Assembly (NCBI GenBank): GCA_050014195.1
Contig: JBEKDT010000006.1
Span: 1 to 64,000, forward strand
Length of the DNA: 64,000 nucleotides
Reading direction: 5' to 3'
From: Desulfomonilia bacterium
GTDB taxonomy: Bacteria; Desulfobacterota; Desulfomonilia; UBA1062
The translations under genes were made by a program, and so were the position numbers. The notes under the pieces were generated by a model that was given only the letters and a program-made list of their open reading frames with translations, was not told the DNA's origin and made no database searches. Below, piece after piece: positions 8,220 to 19,232 of this stretch (positions are counted from its first letter, which is position 1; the number at the start of each line of letters is the position of its first letter).

Positions 8220-9482
8220 CTACGTGTTTTTCAGGATGGATGCCCGTGGTGTCTTTTCCGGGTTTTTGGGGATTATGAGGATAAACCGGCTCCCCTTTTT
8301 ACCATCGCTCTCCACATGGATGAATCCATGATGGGCATCGAGGGCTAGCTTGCAAAAAGTGAGTCCGAGCCCTGTTGAGTATCTTCTCCCATCCCTTTTC
8401 TTGGTGATCTGGAAGAACTTGTTGAAAATGGCCTCCTGAAACTCGGGCGCAATGCCGGGTCCGTTATCCTGTACATAAAAGGATATTCTATCACCTGTCT
8501 GCTCGAAGCCGGCCTCCACTTTCGAAGCCTGCGGAGCGTGCTGGACAGCGTTGACAAGCAGATTCTGCATGACCCTCAGCAGGATGCCCCGATCCCCCTG
8601 AAAGCTGCTCTCATTTGTACTCGAAGGAACATATTCCATGAGTTCGACCCCTCTGGTTTTAGCCATGCCGTTCAGGCGGATCACGGCCTCATGGATGAGA
8701 TCAGCAGGATTGATCCTTTCATACACGAGATTGAGACAACCCTCTTCAAGCCTGGTGATATCGAGGAGGTCGGAGATCATCCGGAACAGGGTGTCGCAGG
8801 CAGACTGGGCTGCCTGTACAAATTCGATGTTCTCGTCCAAAACCGTGTAAGAGAGGATATCAAGGTTCGCCACCATCTCGGAAAGAGGTCCTTTGAGGTC
8901 ATGAATAAGCATGTTGAAGAGCTCGGTGCGAATCCGCTCCAGATTCTTCAGCTCTACATTCTTGCGTTTGATGTCGTTTCTACTCTTCCTCAACGACTCA
9001 GTAAGGCGCTGATTCTCTATGGCACTTATAACCTGTCCGGCAATGGTCAGAAGGAGATCGCGATCGTCAGCGCTAAATTCATCAATATCTTTCTTATCGG
9101 TGATAGTCAGCACACCGATCACCTTATCATTGCTGAATATGGGCGCAATGAGGAAGGCCTCTTTCTTATAGTGTTCATATCGCTTCTTAAACAACTGGCC
9201 TTCCGTACCCGGACCGATATACAAGACACTCTTGTTCTTGACCACCCATGCGGATGGCGTATCCTCTTCAACCGGCTGCTTGATCCCAATAAGTTTGGGT
9301 CTCGTCGATGCAGCGACCTCTAAGGTCTTCTTCCCGCGGAGGATCATGATGGATCCGCACTCGGCATCCATGCAAGCCACAACCTGCAAGAGGATACGCT
9401 GCAGCTTATTCTGGAATGAAAGGGATCTGTTCTGTGAGATCTCCATTATGGCCACTAAGGTATCGAGGGCATTTGAAATCAT
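8220..9482 (-). CDS. GAF-domain sensor histidine kinase
   Basis: GAF-like N-terminus, H-box HDLKGPL, N-box NLLVNA, G1 DNGPG, G2 GLGL. Confidence 0.92.
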   Translation of the reverse strand: MISNALDTLVAIMEISQNRSLSFQNKLQRILLQVVACMDAECGSIMILRGKKTLEVAASTRPKLIGIKQPVEEDTPSAWVVKNKSVLYIGPGTEGQLFKKRYEHYKKEAFLIAPIFSNDKVIGVLTITDKKDIDEFSADDRDLLLTIAGQVISAIENQRLTESLRKSRNDIKRKNVELKNLERIRTELFNMLIHDLKGPLSEMVANLDILSYTVLDENIEFVQAAQSACDTLFRMISDLLDITRLEEGCLNLVYERINPADLIHEAVIRLNGMAKTRGVELMEYVPSSTNESSFQGDRGILLRVMQNLLVNAVQHAPQASKVEAGFEQTGDRISFYVQDNGPGIAPEFQEAIFNKFFQITKKRDGRRYSTGLGLTFCKLALDAHHGFIHVESDGKKGSRFILIIPKNPEKTPRASILKNT

Positions 9483-9495
9483 TTTGATCTCCAGA

Positions 9496-10653
9496 TTAAA
9501 GATATTGTTTAAGAAGTGTTTGAGCTTCTTGGTTGCCCGGCTCTATTTTATCCACCTTCAGGAGAACAAGGTTGGCCCTCGCATTCTGATTGAGGGTGAT
9601 ATATATCTTGGCGATTTTCAACAGGAGACGCACGTCCTTAGTCTCTTTCTTTTCTATTTCCATCAGGTACGGCATGGCTTCTTTTGATTCTCCTGTGCAC
9701 ACGTAGACATCCACCAGCTTGGACATGATGTCATATCGATTGGGTATCTGCTGGAGGATGAAGGTATAGAGTTTGATGGCATAATTGTATTCCCTCCTTT
9801 CTATGCAGATCGCCGCGATATCTTCTCGGAGCGAGAGTGGATCTTCTGCGAGGTCGAGGATCTTATTGAATACCTTGATCGCCTTGGCCGGCATGCCTTT
9901 TTTCAGAAGGATCGCCCCGAGGTTCATCCCCCGCTCCAGATGACGCGGGCTGATATTCATGGCACGTTCATACCAATGGGTCGCCTTCTCGACGTCATCC
10001 TGTTGGAGGTATAGGTCTCCCAGATGGTGGAAGGCGAATACATCCATTTTGTTCATTTTGGCGGCCTTGAGAAGCCAATTTTCCGCTTGGGCCATATCGC
10101 CTTTTTTAAAGTAGAGGTGCCCCAGCTCTCTGACAGGCCTTGAAGATGACGGGTTGGCATCCATTGCAAGGAGGCCCTCGTTGATGGCCCTCTCTATATC
10201 TCCCTTTTCTTCGAGATCACGCGCCCTTTTCAGGTGATAAAGAATGGGAGGCGGATTGTTCGCCTTCTCGATGACCATTTTCACACGCTCATCGAGAGAC
10301 TTCACGGTAATTGGCTTGAGGATGTAGGCATCGATATCCGACTCGGCCGCCTCGGCCACGATCTCCCTGTTCGCCTCAGCCGTGACCATCACCACAGGCA
10401 GATCGCGAAGCCTCCTGTCGTCCCGTATCCGCGCCAGAAGTTCTACCCCGGTCATTCCCGGCATGTTCCAGTCTATGATGGCGAGATCGACTTTCACGTC
10501 CTCTTTCTGTAGAATTTTCCATGCTTCAAGCCCGTTATATGCGTAAAAAAACTGACCACTGATATTCAAGACTTTGAGCATGCTCCTGATCGCCTTGCAC
10601 ATGTTTTCCATGTCATCGACGATAAGGGTATTCATATTTTGCATGTCTATCAT
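9496..10653 (-). CDS. CheY-like response regulator with TPR repeats
   Basis: IVDD, DWNMPGM, MVTAEA, KP; C-terminal TPR-like helical repeats. Confidence 0.88.
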   Translation of the reverse strand: MIDMQNMNTLIVDDMENMCKAIRSMLKVLNISGQFFYAYNGLEAWKILQKEDVKVDLAIIDWNMPGMTGVELLARIRDDRRLRDLPVVMVTAEANREIVAEAAESDIDAYILKPITVKSLDERVKMVIEKANNPPPILYHLKRARDLEEKGDIERAINEGLLAMDANPSSSRPVRELGHLYFKKGDMAQAENWLLKAAKMNKMDVFAFHHLGDLYLQQDDVEKATHWYERAMNISPRHLERGMNLGAILLKKGMPAKAIKVFNKILDLAEDPLSLREDIAAICIERREYNYAIKLYTFILQQIPNRYDIMSKLVDVYVCTGESKEAMPYLMEIEKKETKDVRLLLKIAKIYITLNQNARANLVLLKVDKIEPGNQEAQTLLKQYL

Positions 10654-10850
10654 GGTACTAGCCTTGTGCGGGGGTAATGTAGAAGCAACAGTTCAATTAC
10701 CTATACGTCACCTTTGGGAAAAACATAACGCGTAGAAAAACTAAGCATCATATCCTCAGGCCTAATCAGGTAAAGATATCCGAGACATCGAAAATACCAT
10801 GTTCGCCCGGTATCAGACTTCATAATCTCTGCGTCATATTTAAAGACGGA

Positions 10851-12881
10851 TCAATGCTGTTCCTCACCCTTTGTGTTTCGTTTGGTCTGCTGATTGCTCA
10901 TGCTCGTGAACACGTCGGTAAGCCTTGGTATGCCCTCATCCTTGTTCTTGATGACCATGTGTGCGTCCTCGATCAAGTTCTCTTTATCGGGCTTAGGAAG
11001 GACATCATCAGTTTTTCTGATTTTGAAAATAGATGTAACCGTCCTTATCCCCTCCCGGTCGATCTTGAAGAAAGAAACGGCCTTCTGGAGCAGGGCCGCC
11101 TGGTTTGAGAGCCCTTCAGCGGCTGAGGATAGTATCCTGGATTTTGATTCGTTCTGTTGGATCATCTGGTTGATCTGACTGATGGCCGAGTCGATCTTCT
11201 CCGCTCTTGTGTTCTGCTCAGTGCTCACAGAATTGATCTCATGAATAAGTAGGGCGGTCATATGGATATCGGGAATGATCTGGGAGAAGATCTCACCCGC
11301 TTGCACAGCAACATCTATGCTATTTGTTGAGAGTAGGCTTATCTCATCGGCAGTATCAGCCGACTTTTCAATAAGACGTCTTATTTCTGCTATGGCCACC
11401 GCGGACCCCTTCCCTTGCTCTCCCGACTTGGCAGCCTCCATGGCGGCTACTAACGCGAGAAGATTAGTCTGGCGTGCCACATCCTCAAGGATGGCCACTT
11501 TACCCGTGATGGTCTTCATGGAAGAAATCGTCGCTTCAACCGCGTTTTCAGCTAGTTGTGCATGTTTGGCTATTTTGGCCGCAATCTCCTCGGTCTGCTG
11601 GGTATTATCGGTATTCCGGCGAATAGTGGATTTCATATGCTCCATGAACGAAGATGCGTCCTTAGCCATTGATGCCTGGTTGCTTGCGGACTCCGACATC
11701 TTCTCAGCAAATGAGATCATATCCATACTGCTTACAGTGACATTATCAGCTATTTCTTGGACATCTGCCATGACGTCCTTCATACGCGCCGCACTATTCC
11801 TCAAGGCATCTGCAATCTGGCCGATTTCATCCTTCTGGTGGATATCGTTATCAGCTGTAAGATCGCCCTCTCCCACATGGGCTGCAAGGTCGGCCACTTT
11901 TTTGATTCTCGTGCTGATGACCCTCGAAAATGAGTAAAACACTATGAATATTGCAACAAAGGAGATCACACCCACCATAACAACAAAATCTCGTACCTCT
12001 CCGGCTCGTGCCCGGAACTCACCATCAGGAAGTGAGCACCCGATACTCCAGCCTGTCATCGATACCGGTGCAAAGCCGCATGTATTTGAAACGTTCTTCA
12101 GCACATAGTTTTCCACGCCCGACTGACCTGACACCATCTTTTTTGCAATCGCTTTCATGCCTTCCAGGGTTGTAACATTGATTTTTAATAGGTATTCTCT
12201 ATCCGGATGGACAATGATACGACCCTCCTTGTCTATCATCCACGCATAACCTGTCTTACCTATCTTTGTTCTGGAGATCATATCATTAATCACACCCATG
12301 GAAAGGACGTTCACAATGGCTCCCACAACCTTCCCATCAGGTGAATAAACAGGTGCGGCAACCGGGATGAAAAGCTCACCGGTATCCCTGTTTACATCCG
12401 GTCTGCCTATGTTCGCATTACCGGCAAGGGCATCTTTAATATACCTACTTTTAGAAAATAAAAAAAATCCAATGTGTTTATCAACCGAAGCAGCAAATGC
12501 CTTACCCTCGCGATCTGTGACATAAATAAGCTGGGAGTTATCTTTCAATCCTTCTGTCTGTCCAAATCGGCCAAGCCTGACATTGAGTGCATCTATATCG
12601 CCCTGGGCTGACTGATATCCGGAATTCGCAATGGAAGAAGCTGCACGAACTGTTTCAGGGCTTATGGAGAGATCCTTCACGATTCTCATCTCCCCGATTA
12701 GTGTCTTTTCGACTGCCTGTGCAAGCAACTTTGTGTCACCTATGAGTTGCTCCTTTTCACTCTCCTCAAGCGTCCTGGAAGACCTATCCACGGAGAGTAA
12801 GCCGACAATGATAATCGGGACCGACAACAGAATAAAACCTATTATAATGAGTTTTGTTTCGAGTTTTAGGTTTACCATCAT
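10851..12881 (-). CDS. Methyl-accepting chemotaxis protein (dCache-HAMP-MA)
   Basis: Two TM segments, Cache motifs (GKTGYAWMID, IIVHPD, TGWSIG), HAMP (DEIGQIA), signalling domain QTNLLAL..EAA. Confidence 0.9.
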   Translation of the reverse strand: MMVNLKLETKLIIIGFILLSVPIIIVGLLSVDRSSRTLEESEKEQLIGDTKLLAQAVEKTLIGEMRIVKDLSISPETVRAASSIANSGYQSAQGDIDALNVRLGRFGQTEGLKDNSQLIYVTDREGKAFAASVDKHIGFFLFSKSRYIKDALAGNANIGRPDVNRDTGELFIPVAAPVYSPDGKVVGAIVNVLSMGVINDMISRTKIGKTGYAWMIDKEGRIIVHPDREYLLKINVTTLEGMKAIAKKMVSGQSGVENYVLKNVSNTCGFAPVSMTGWSIGCSLPDGEFRARAGEVRDFVVMVGVISFVAIFIVFYSFSRVISTRIKKVADLAAHVGEGDLTADNDIHQKDEIGQIADALRNSAARMKDVMADVQEIADNVTVSSMDMISFAEKMSESASNQASMAKDASSFMEHMKSTIRRNTDNTQQTEEIAAKIAKHAQLAENAVEATISSMKTITGKVAILEDVARQTNLLALVAAMEAAKSGEQGKGSAVAIAEIRRLIEKSADTADEISLLSTNSIDVAVQAGEIFSQIIPDIHMTALLIHEINSVSTEQNTRAEKIDSAISQINQMIQQNESKSRILSSAAEGLSNQAALLQKAVSFFKIDREGIRTVTSIFKIRKTDDVLPKPDKENLIEDAHMVIKNKDEGIPRLTDVFTSMSNQQTKRNTKGEEQH

Positions 12882-13078
12882 ATCTTCCTCCCATGGTGGT
12901 ATTGATATGGGGGTATATCCTCATCTTAGGTTATTTTTTAATCCGCTTAAACTATCGTTGGTGAGCAGATATCATGCCCAAGCGAATATCGACCGCATAA
13001 TTACATTAATCACCGGAAAAAGACGGAGGCAACGTAAATAAGATATCCTGATACTGCATGAATACCCATGCTACCTAA

Positions 13079-13405
13079 TTATAGAACGACTACAGAGTTG
13101 TTGGCATCTCCAAATGGTGAAGGGACATATTTATCTGCCTCTGAGTCATTCTCCCAGTTAGTACCATCAATGAGATATCGATATTGATACTCCTGGCCCA
13201 GATTGAGATCCAGGGTGACACTGAAGGAACCGTCTTTCTGCTTCTTCATCGGGGTAGCCTTAGTATCCCAGCTATTAAAGTCTCCAACAAGATGGATATC
13301 TTTAGCTGAGGCTGCTTTTCCCTTTGTCATCTGGAACGTCACTGTGCAAACAGACATTTTCTTTTTGGGCTGCTTCTTGATACTCATGACAATATCTCCT
13401 TTCAT
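13079..13405 (-). CDS. Stand-alone CBM48 / isoamylase early-set domain protein
   Basis: LVGDFNSW, YQYRYLIDG..W.ND, NSVV signature. Confidence 0.88.
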   Translation of the reverse strand: MKGDIVMSIKKQPKKKMSVCTVTFQMTKGKAASAKDIHLVGDFNSWDTKATPMKKQKDGSFSVTLDLNLGQEYQYRYLIDGTNWENDSEADKYVPSPFGDANNSVVVL

Positions 13406-13464
13406 ATTTTTTTATTGATTGGGATGACCTCTCTTGTTCTGCTTATGGGGGTGGCCTGAAAAGT

Positions 13465-13818
13465 CTATACCAGTTCATGGATTTTCACTTTTAGATCTGA
13501 TAGATCAGAGGACTTCACCACATAGGCATCTGCCGCCTTTGCCAACGGGTCATTTCTATAACTGCTATATGCTGAAAATATGATCACAGGTATATTTAAC
13601 TTGAGCTTTAACATAAAACCTATAGTTTCAAGCCCATCCATTTTGGGCATTCGAAGATCCAGAATAACAAGGTCGGGCCCTTCGGGGTCAGTCGTTAAAA
13701 TGGAGAGTGCCTCATTACCATTAGAGGCAATTGAAACATGATACCCATCCTCTTTCAGCTCTTCCATGATGAGCTGTTGGATGCGGATATCATCATCTAC
13801 GACGAGTACTCTCTTCAT
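13465..13818 (-). CDS. Single-domain response regulator
   Basis: VVDDD, DLRMPKMDG, SAY, VVKS. Confidence 0.9.
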   Translation of the reverse strand: MKRVLVVDDDIRIQQLIMEELKEDGYHVSIASNGNEALSILTTDPEGPDLVILDLRMPKMDGLETIGFMLKLKLNIPVIIFSAYSSYRNDPLAKAADAYVVKSSDLSDLKVKIHELV

Positions 13819-14172
13819 GATCCGAAGATAATATGAAGAAAGCTCATGTGCCTTCTTGGCAGACTTTCTCTACAGGCTCCAGCTTTTGAATCCAGCCCCA
13901 AAAGTCTTCCAACGAACTACATACATTGGAATAGAGCCAAGTAAGTTTATCTATAATAATGCTCAATTTACCATTTGCAATAGGCTGCAATGAGATAATT
14001 ATTACATTGGTACTAATTGCATAAATCAATAGAACTTTCCCCCAGCGAAAGCGAGGAAGGGCAGAAGTCGGAGCACCTTAGTAGATGTCACTGCCTTATT
14101 CATCTCACCCAGAGATTCCTTCAATAAATTGCCAGAACCAATGTCAGAATATCAACTATAGATTATGTAATA

Positions 14173-14263
14173 TAATCAACGATTTTCTAATACCGATGAT
14201 TATTGCACTTAATCATCGGTCCCACAAGTCCTGAGAAACTGATGATTTTGTGCCATAACAAAC
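14173..14263. promoter_or_regulatory. Array of four alternating TAATCATCGGT-like half-sites, related to the 170-bp repeat
   Basis: TAATCAACGAT (14173), ACCGATGATTA (14192), TAATCATCGGT (14210), ACTGATGATTT (14238); 14192-14220 is a perfect 11-7-11 palindrome. Function inferred only. Confidence 0.6.
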
Positions 14264-14486
14264 GTTTTGCTAATATTGAAGGTTTCCTCGGAAGATCTTT
14301 CCTTTCGGAGGAAAATTCCAGAATATAGATTTCTATGATGTATGACATCTTTAACTCGACACTATCCATTCCCCACTCAAAACTGTATTTATTTTGTCTG
14401 TTGGCGTTCTCCGATGTATAATACAGAGTATGGGAAAAGACGGAAGAATCTTGAAGAGGAAGGGCGTAAAAAAAAGGGAAGATTTT

Positions 14487-16523
14487 TTGAACCTGTACCG
14501 GCACGGGTTCGTCCGTATTGCCGCATGTATTCCCGAGGTGAGAGTTGCGGACCCCGGCTTTAACGCGCTCAGGACGATAGATCTCATCCGGAAGGCCTTT
14601 GAGCAGAACTGTGTGGTGGCCGTGTTTCCTGAGATGGGCCTGTCGGGTTATACCAATGATGACCTGTTCTTTCAGGATGCATTACAGAAGGCGGTCCTGG
14701 ATGCCCTGGAGGAGGTCAGGAAGGTAACCACGGAACTCGACATGATCGTGGTTGCCGGGGCGCCCCTGAAGGTGATGGATGCCCTGTTCAACTGTGCAAT
14801 CGTCATGCATGCAGGCGATATCCTGGGTATCGCGGTAAAGAGCTATCTGCCGAACTACCGTGAGTTCTACGAACTGCGCCAATTCAGACCCGCCAAGGAC
14901 CTGGGCGTTGATACGATCGATCTCTGCGGGCAAAAAGGCATACCCATCGGCGCCGACGTGATCTTCGAAGCGGACGGCATTCCTGGCCTGAGGTTGTTTG
15001 CGGAGATCTGCGAGGATCTCTGGACACCCATTCCGCCTTCCAGCCATGCAGCCCTGGCAGGGGCAACCATCATCATCAACCTCTCTGCATCCAACATAAC
15101 AACGGGTAAGGATGAATACCGCCGCGACCTCGCCTCCAACCAGTCGGCACGGTGTATTGCCGCTTATCTCTACACCGCCGCCGGCCCCGGAGAATCCACC
15201 ACGGACCTTGCCTGGGACGGCCATGCAGTCATCTATGAAAACGGCACGCTCCTGGCAGAATCTAAACGGTTTTCATGGGACCCCCAGATCATCATGGCCG
15301 ATATCGACCTCGATCGTCTGGTGAAGGATCGTATGATCATGACGAGCTTCATAGAGGACAGGACCGGCCAGGATGGCAGGAAGCCCTTCAGAAAGGTCAG
15401 GTTCCCCATGGCAATGCCATTGGGAAAGATCATGCCTATACGGGAGATCTCCCGGTTTCCCTATGTCCCCATCGATCCTTCGGTGAGGGGAAAGCGATGT
15501 TATGAAATCTATAATATCCAGGTCCAAGGCCTGGCTAAAAGGATGAAGTCATCAGGCATCGAGAACCTTATCATCGGCGTCTCGGGCGGGCTTGACTCCA
15601 CCCATGCGTTGATCGTATGCGCCCGGACCATGGATACATTAAGGCTCCCCCGCAGGAATATCAAGGCCTACACCATGCCCGGATTTGCCACCTCCGAGAA
15701 GACCTATGCCAATGCCAAGGCCCTTATGAAGGCATTGGGGGTGGAGGCATCCAAAATTGATATCCGCCCAAGCTGCATGCAGATGATGAAGGATATCGGT
15801 CATGCATACGGAAAGGGCCGTGCGCTCTATGATGTGACCTTTGAGAACGTCCAGGCCGGCCAGCGGACCTCCATCCTCTTCCGCCTCGCCAATATGCGCC
15901 ATGGCCTGGTGGTGGGCACCGGCGACCTGAGCGAGCTTGCCCTAGGCTGGTGCACCTATGGCGTAGGCGACCACATGTCGCACTACAGCGTGAATGCAAG
16001 CGTGCCCAAGACGCTCATTCAATATATCATCCGCTGGGTGGCATCGGAGAAGGTCTTCGGCGAAAAGGTCTCCATCTACCTTGAAGATATCCTTCAGACC
16101 GAGATCAGCCCCGAACTCATCCCCGGAACAGTGAACGGCCAGCCCGCCCAGAGCACAGAGGCGGTCATCGGGCCTTACGAGCTGCAGGACTTCAATACAT
16201 TCTACATGACTCGGTATGGTTATCTGCCATCCAAGGTTGCCTTTCTTGCATACTGTGCCTGGCACGATATTACGAGGGGTGCCTGGCCGGACATTGCGCC
16301 TGCGAAGAGGCACCAATACACATTATCCCAGATCAAGCACTGGCTTGAGGTCTTTATCCGCCGCTTCTTCAAGTATAGCCAGTACAAGCGCTCGTGCATC
16401 CCGAATGCCCCCAAGGTGGGCTCAGGAGGCTCCCTGTCCCCGAGGGGCGACTACCGTGCCCCCAGCGACAGCGAGGAGATCCCCTGGATGCAGGACTTGA
16501 AAACCATTCCGGATGAAACCTGA
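14487..16523 (+). CDS. nadE: Glutamine-dependent NAD+ synthetase
   Basis: Nitrilase-like domain ([22 protein letters not shown]) plus synthetase domain ([22 protein letters not shown]). Start uncertain (ORF open from 14394; TTG 14487 chosen). Confidence 0.95.
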   Translation: MNLYRHGFVRIAACIPEVRVADPGFNALRTIDLIRKAFEQNCVVAVFPEMGLSGYTNDDLFFQDALQKAVLDALEEVRKVTTELDMIVVAGAPLKVMDALFNCAIVMHAGDILGIAVKSYLPNYREFYELRQFRPAKDLGVDTIDLCGQKGIPIGADVIFEADGIPGLRLFAEICEDLWTPIPPSSHAALAGATIIINLSASNITTGKDEYRRDLASNQSARCIAAYLYTAAGPGESTTDLAWDGHAVIYENGTLLAESKRFSWDPQIIMADIDLDRLVKDRMIMTSFIEDRTGQDGRKPFRKVRFPMAMPLGKIMPIREISRFPYVPIDPSVRGKRCYEIYNIQVQGLAKRMKSSGIENLIIGVSGGLDSTHALIVCARTMDTLRLPRRNIKAYTMPGFATSEKTYANAKALMKALGVEASKIDIRPSCMQMMKDIGHAYGKGRALYDVTFENVQAGQRTSILFRLANMRHGLVVGTGDLSELALGWCTYGVGDHMSHYSVNASVPKTLIQYIIRWVASEKVFGEKVSIYLEDILQTEISPELIPGTVNGQPAQSTEAVIGPYELQDFNTFYMTRYGYLPSKVAFLAYCAWHDITRGAWPDIAPAKRHQYTLSQIKHWLEVFIRRFFKYSQYKRSCIPNAPKVGSGGSLSPRGDYRAPSDSEEIPWMQDLKTIPDET

Positions 16524-16538
16524 ACAACAGGAGGCCCC

Positions 16539-17339
16539 ATGGTCAAGAAGGGAAAAATGGACAATACCCAACCTGTGGACAACATACTCAAGCAGGCCGA
16601 TGCCCTGAAGGCCTATTTTGAGGAAAAGGGCGATGAGCCTTTCGAGCAGCTTGTGGTCTTTCTGGATACCCTGAAACAGGCCATTGTGTCTTTGACGAAT
16701 GCAGACCTGGCCCGTGCAGCCGAGCACATGAGGCGTCTCAAGACTATCACCTCCGATGAACTCTTCCGGGGCATCGGCGAGATCACGAGGGACCTGCACG
16801 AGTCCATCAACGATATCCAGAGGTTTCTTGAGCCTATCCTGACGAACCTCACCGAGGAAGATATCCAGGGCCTCTCCAGCAAACTCACCCACGTAGCGAC
16901 CCTGGTGAAGGACACCTCCGAAAAGACGCTGGATCTGTTGTTTACCAGACAGGAAAAGGCTGTGGCCGACAATGCCGTCTATGATGCCATTGCCAGGCAC
17001 GTCATGGCAGACGACAAGAAGGAGGCCTTAAAAAAGCTCAAGCTCATGAAAGATCACAACAAGGAACTCATCAATGAGCTTATGAGGATCAGTGAGCTCC
17101 AAATCCATGCGGACCTGGTGGACCAGATCGTCAAGAAGGTATTCAGGGTTGTGGAGAACATGGAGATCAGGCTCGTAGACCTCATCAGGAGATATACCCG
17201 CAGCACAAATATATCCCGAGGCAAGAAGGATCGGCGTGACGGGACAAAGACCCACGGCCCCGCTATCCCTGGTCGGGATAAGGGTGTGGCCTCCTCACAG
17301 GATGATGTGGACAGCCTTTTAAAGTCGTTCGGCTTGTGA
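16539..17339 (+). CDS. cheZ: CheZ-family chemotaxis phosphatase
   Basis: DxxxQ catalytic motif (DLVDQ), GEITRDLH, C-terminal SQDDVDSLLKSFGL CheY-binding helix. Confidence 0.78.
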   Translation: MVKKGKMDNTQPVDNILKQADALKAYFEEKGDEPFEQLVVFLDTLKQAIVSLTNADLARAAEHMRRLKTITSDELFRGIGEITRDLHESINDIQRFLEPILTNLTEEDIQGLSSKLTHVATLVKDTSEKTLDLLFTRQEKAVADNAVYDAIARHVMADDKKEALKKLKLMKDHNKELINELMRISELQIHADLVDQIVKKVFRVVENMEIRLVDLIRRYTRSTNISRGKKDRRDGTKTHGPAIPGRDKGVASSQDDVDSLLKSFGL

Positions 17340-17360
17340 GGTTGACGAGAAGCCGGCTGT

Positions 17361-18347
17361 ATGAGGCCCTCTTTCCTCGCACGGCTCGTTAACGGCCCCC
17401 TGTTCGATCCGGTGGTCTTTGTCCGGCTGCTCAACCGGAACACATCACTCCTGTTCGACTGCGGCCGCATCGGAAACTTGTCCAACAGGGAGATCTTATC
17501 CATAGACTCCATTTTTATCAGTCACCCCCACATGGACCACTTCATGGGTTTTGACCATGTCTTGAGGATTATACTTCATAGAGAAAGGCCGCTTAACCTC
17601 TATGGACCGGATGGGATCGCGGACAAGGTGATCTCAAAGCTCAATTCCTATACCTGGAACCTTACCGGGGACTATCCACTTGAGGTGATGATCCATGAGG
17701 TCAGGGACCACGATATCCTCTCCCGCTCGGCCCGTGCCGGGGACGCGTTCAGACCATCCATGCCGGCATCATCCCCACGGAGAGGTGCAACCATTGCAAT
17801 GAACCCTTTTTACCGTGTGGATGCTTCCGTGCTCGATCACCATATGCCTTGCCTGGGTTTTGTATTGAAGGAACCGTTCCACATCAATATCAATGCCGCC
17901 AGGATCGCCGAGCTGGGATACACGAGAGGGCCGTGGATCGGAGAGCTCAAGGGACTGATTTTTGCAGAGTGCATGGATGACTATATTGATGTACCTACCA
18001 TTACCGGCAACAGGAGAATAAAGGTTCATGAGCTTTTCATGGAGCTGGTGATCACATCAGCCGGCCAGAAGATCGGTTACTTCACCGATATCCGGGCTTC
18101 AGGCGATAATCTTAAGCGAATCAGAGAGCTCGCAGGCAATATGGATATCCTGTTCATCGAAGCCTATTACCTTGCCGAGCGTGAGCAACAGGCACACGAG
18201 AAGGCTCACCTTACGGCACGGGAGGCAGGCCTTATCGCCGGGATGGTAAGGGCTAGGAAGGTTGTGCCTATGCATATTTCACCACGGTACCATGATCGGA
18301 TTGATGAGGTCATGGGAGAGCTCATTGCCGCACGGATTTCATACTGA
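17361..18347 (+). CDS. Ribonuclease Z-like metallo-beta-lactamase
   Basis: FDCG, SHPHMDHF (HxHxDH), TD, IEA, HLTA, HISPRY. Confidence 0.85.
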   Translation: MRPSFLARLVNGPLFDPVVFVRLLNRNTSLLFDCGRIGNLSNREILSIDSIFISHPHMDHFMGFDHVLRIILHRERPLNLYGPDGIADKVISKLNSYTWNLTGDYPLEVMIHEVRDHDILSRSARAGDAFRPSMPASSPRRGATIAMNPFYRVDASVLDHHMPCLGFVLKEPFHININAARIAELGYTRGPWIGELKGLIFAECMDDYIDVPTITGNRRIKVHELFMELVITSAGQKIGYFTDIRASGDNLKRIRELAGNMDILFIEAYYLAEREQQAHEKAHLTAREAGLIAGMVRARKVVPMHISPRYHDRIDEVMGELIAARISY

Positions 18348-18416
18348 GACATTTCACGGAATGTCTTGATCTCAAGGCCGTTTTTCAGGTAAAAGGTTCC
18401 AAAGGATTAAAACACC

Positions 18417-18956
18417 ATGAGGCTGATTGAGACCTCCCTCAAAGGGGCATATATTGTAGAGCAGGGCCTGTTTCAAGACCCAAGGGGCTCTTTCCTGGAG
18501 ATCTACAGCGCCAAGGCCTTTGCCGAGAATGGCCTTAACGTTGAGTTTGTGCAGGATAATTGTTCCCTTTCGAGAGATAAGGGCGTCATCCGGGGGCTTC
18601 ACTTCCAAAATCCTCCCCATGCCCAGGCAAAACTCGTATGGGCGCTCACCGGAAAAGTGTATGACGTGATAGTAGACCTTCAAAAGGGATCTCCTACTTA
18701 TCTGAAGTGGGAGGCCTTTGAGCTCTCTGCCGAGGAGCCCCTCTTGCTGTTTGTCCCCAGGGGGTTTGCCCATGGCTTCTGCACTCTTGAGCCGGATACA
18801 CGGGTCTTCTACAAGGTGGATGCGCCTTATGCCCCGCAGGCAGAGAGCGGGCTGCGCTGGGACGATCCCGATCTGGCTATACCATGGCCTACGAGCTCAC
18901 CTATCATCTCGGATAAAGACAAGAAGCTGCCGCTCTTCAAAGAAATCGTTCTTTAG
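18417..18956 (+). CDS. rfbC: dTDP-4-dehydrorhamnose 3,5-epimerase
   Basis: DPRGSF, QDN.S.S, RGLHFQ, QAKLV, GFAHGF, WDDP, SDKD. Confidence 0.95.
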   Translation: MRLIETSLKGAYIVEQGLFQDPRGSFLEIYSAKAFAENGLNVEFVQDNCSLSRDKGVIRGLHFQNPPHAQAKLVWALTGKVYDVIVDLQKGSPTYLKWEAFELSAEEPLLLFVPRGFAHGFCTLEPDTRVFYKVDAPYAPQAESGLRWDDPDLAIPWPTSSPIISDKDKKLPLFKEIVL

Positions 18957-19232
18957 GTTCTAGATGCGAGGCATGAGGTGAAGGAAGGCCTTTCCTTTAC
19001 CCAGCGCCTGATGCCAAAAGCCTCAATTATTATCCTTTTACTCAAGAATTGTCATAATTTGACGATTTGTATCTTAGATGGTTATGAAGCCAAGGGCTGT
19101 TCATGCACTATTTCAACACCAGAGGGTTAAGGGCAGGCTTAGAAGGCACAATATCGCATGATGTTTCCTTTTTCGCCTCGTCTTTGTTGTATATTCATGA
19201 ATTGATAGTGCAGGCTTAAGGAGGGTTGGCAA

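Noticed and set aside
13844-14587. Short ORFs in the gap before nadE
   Set aside because: AT-rich, mutually overlapping, no motifs; better explained as a divergent promoter region.
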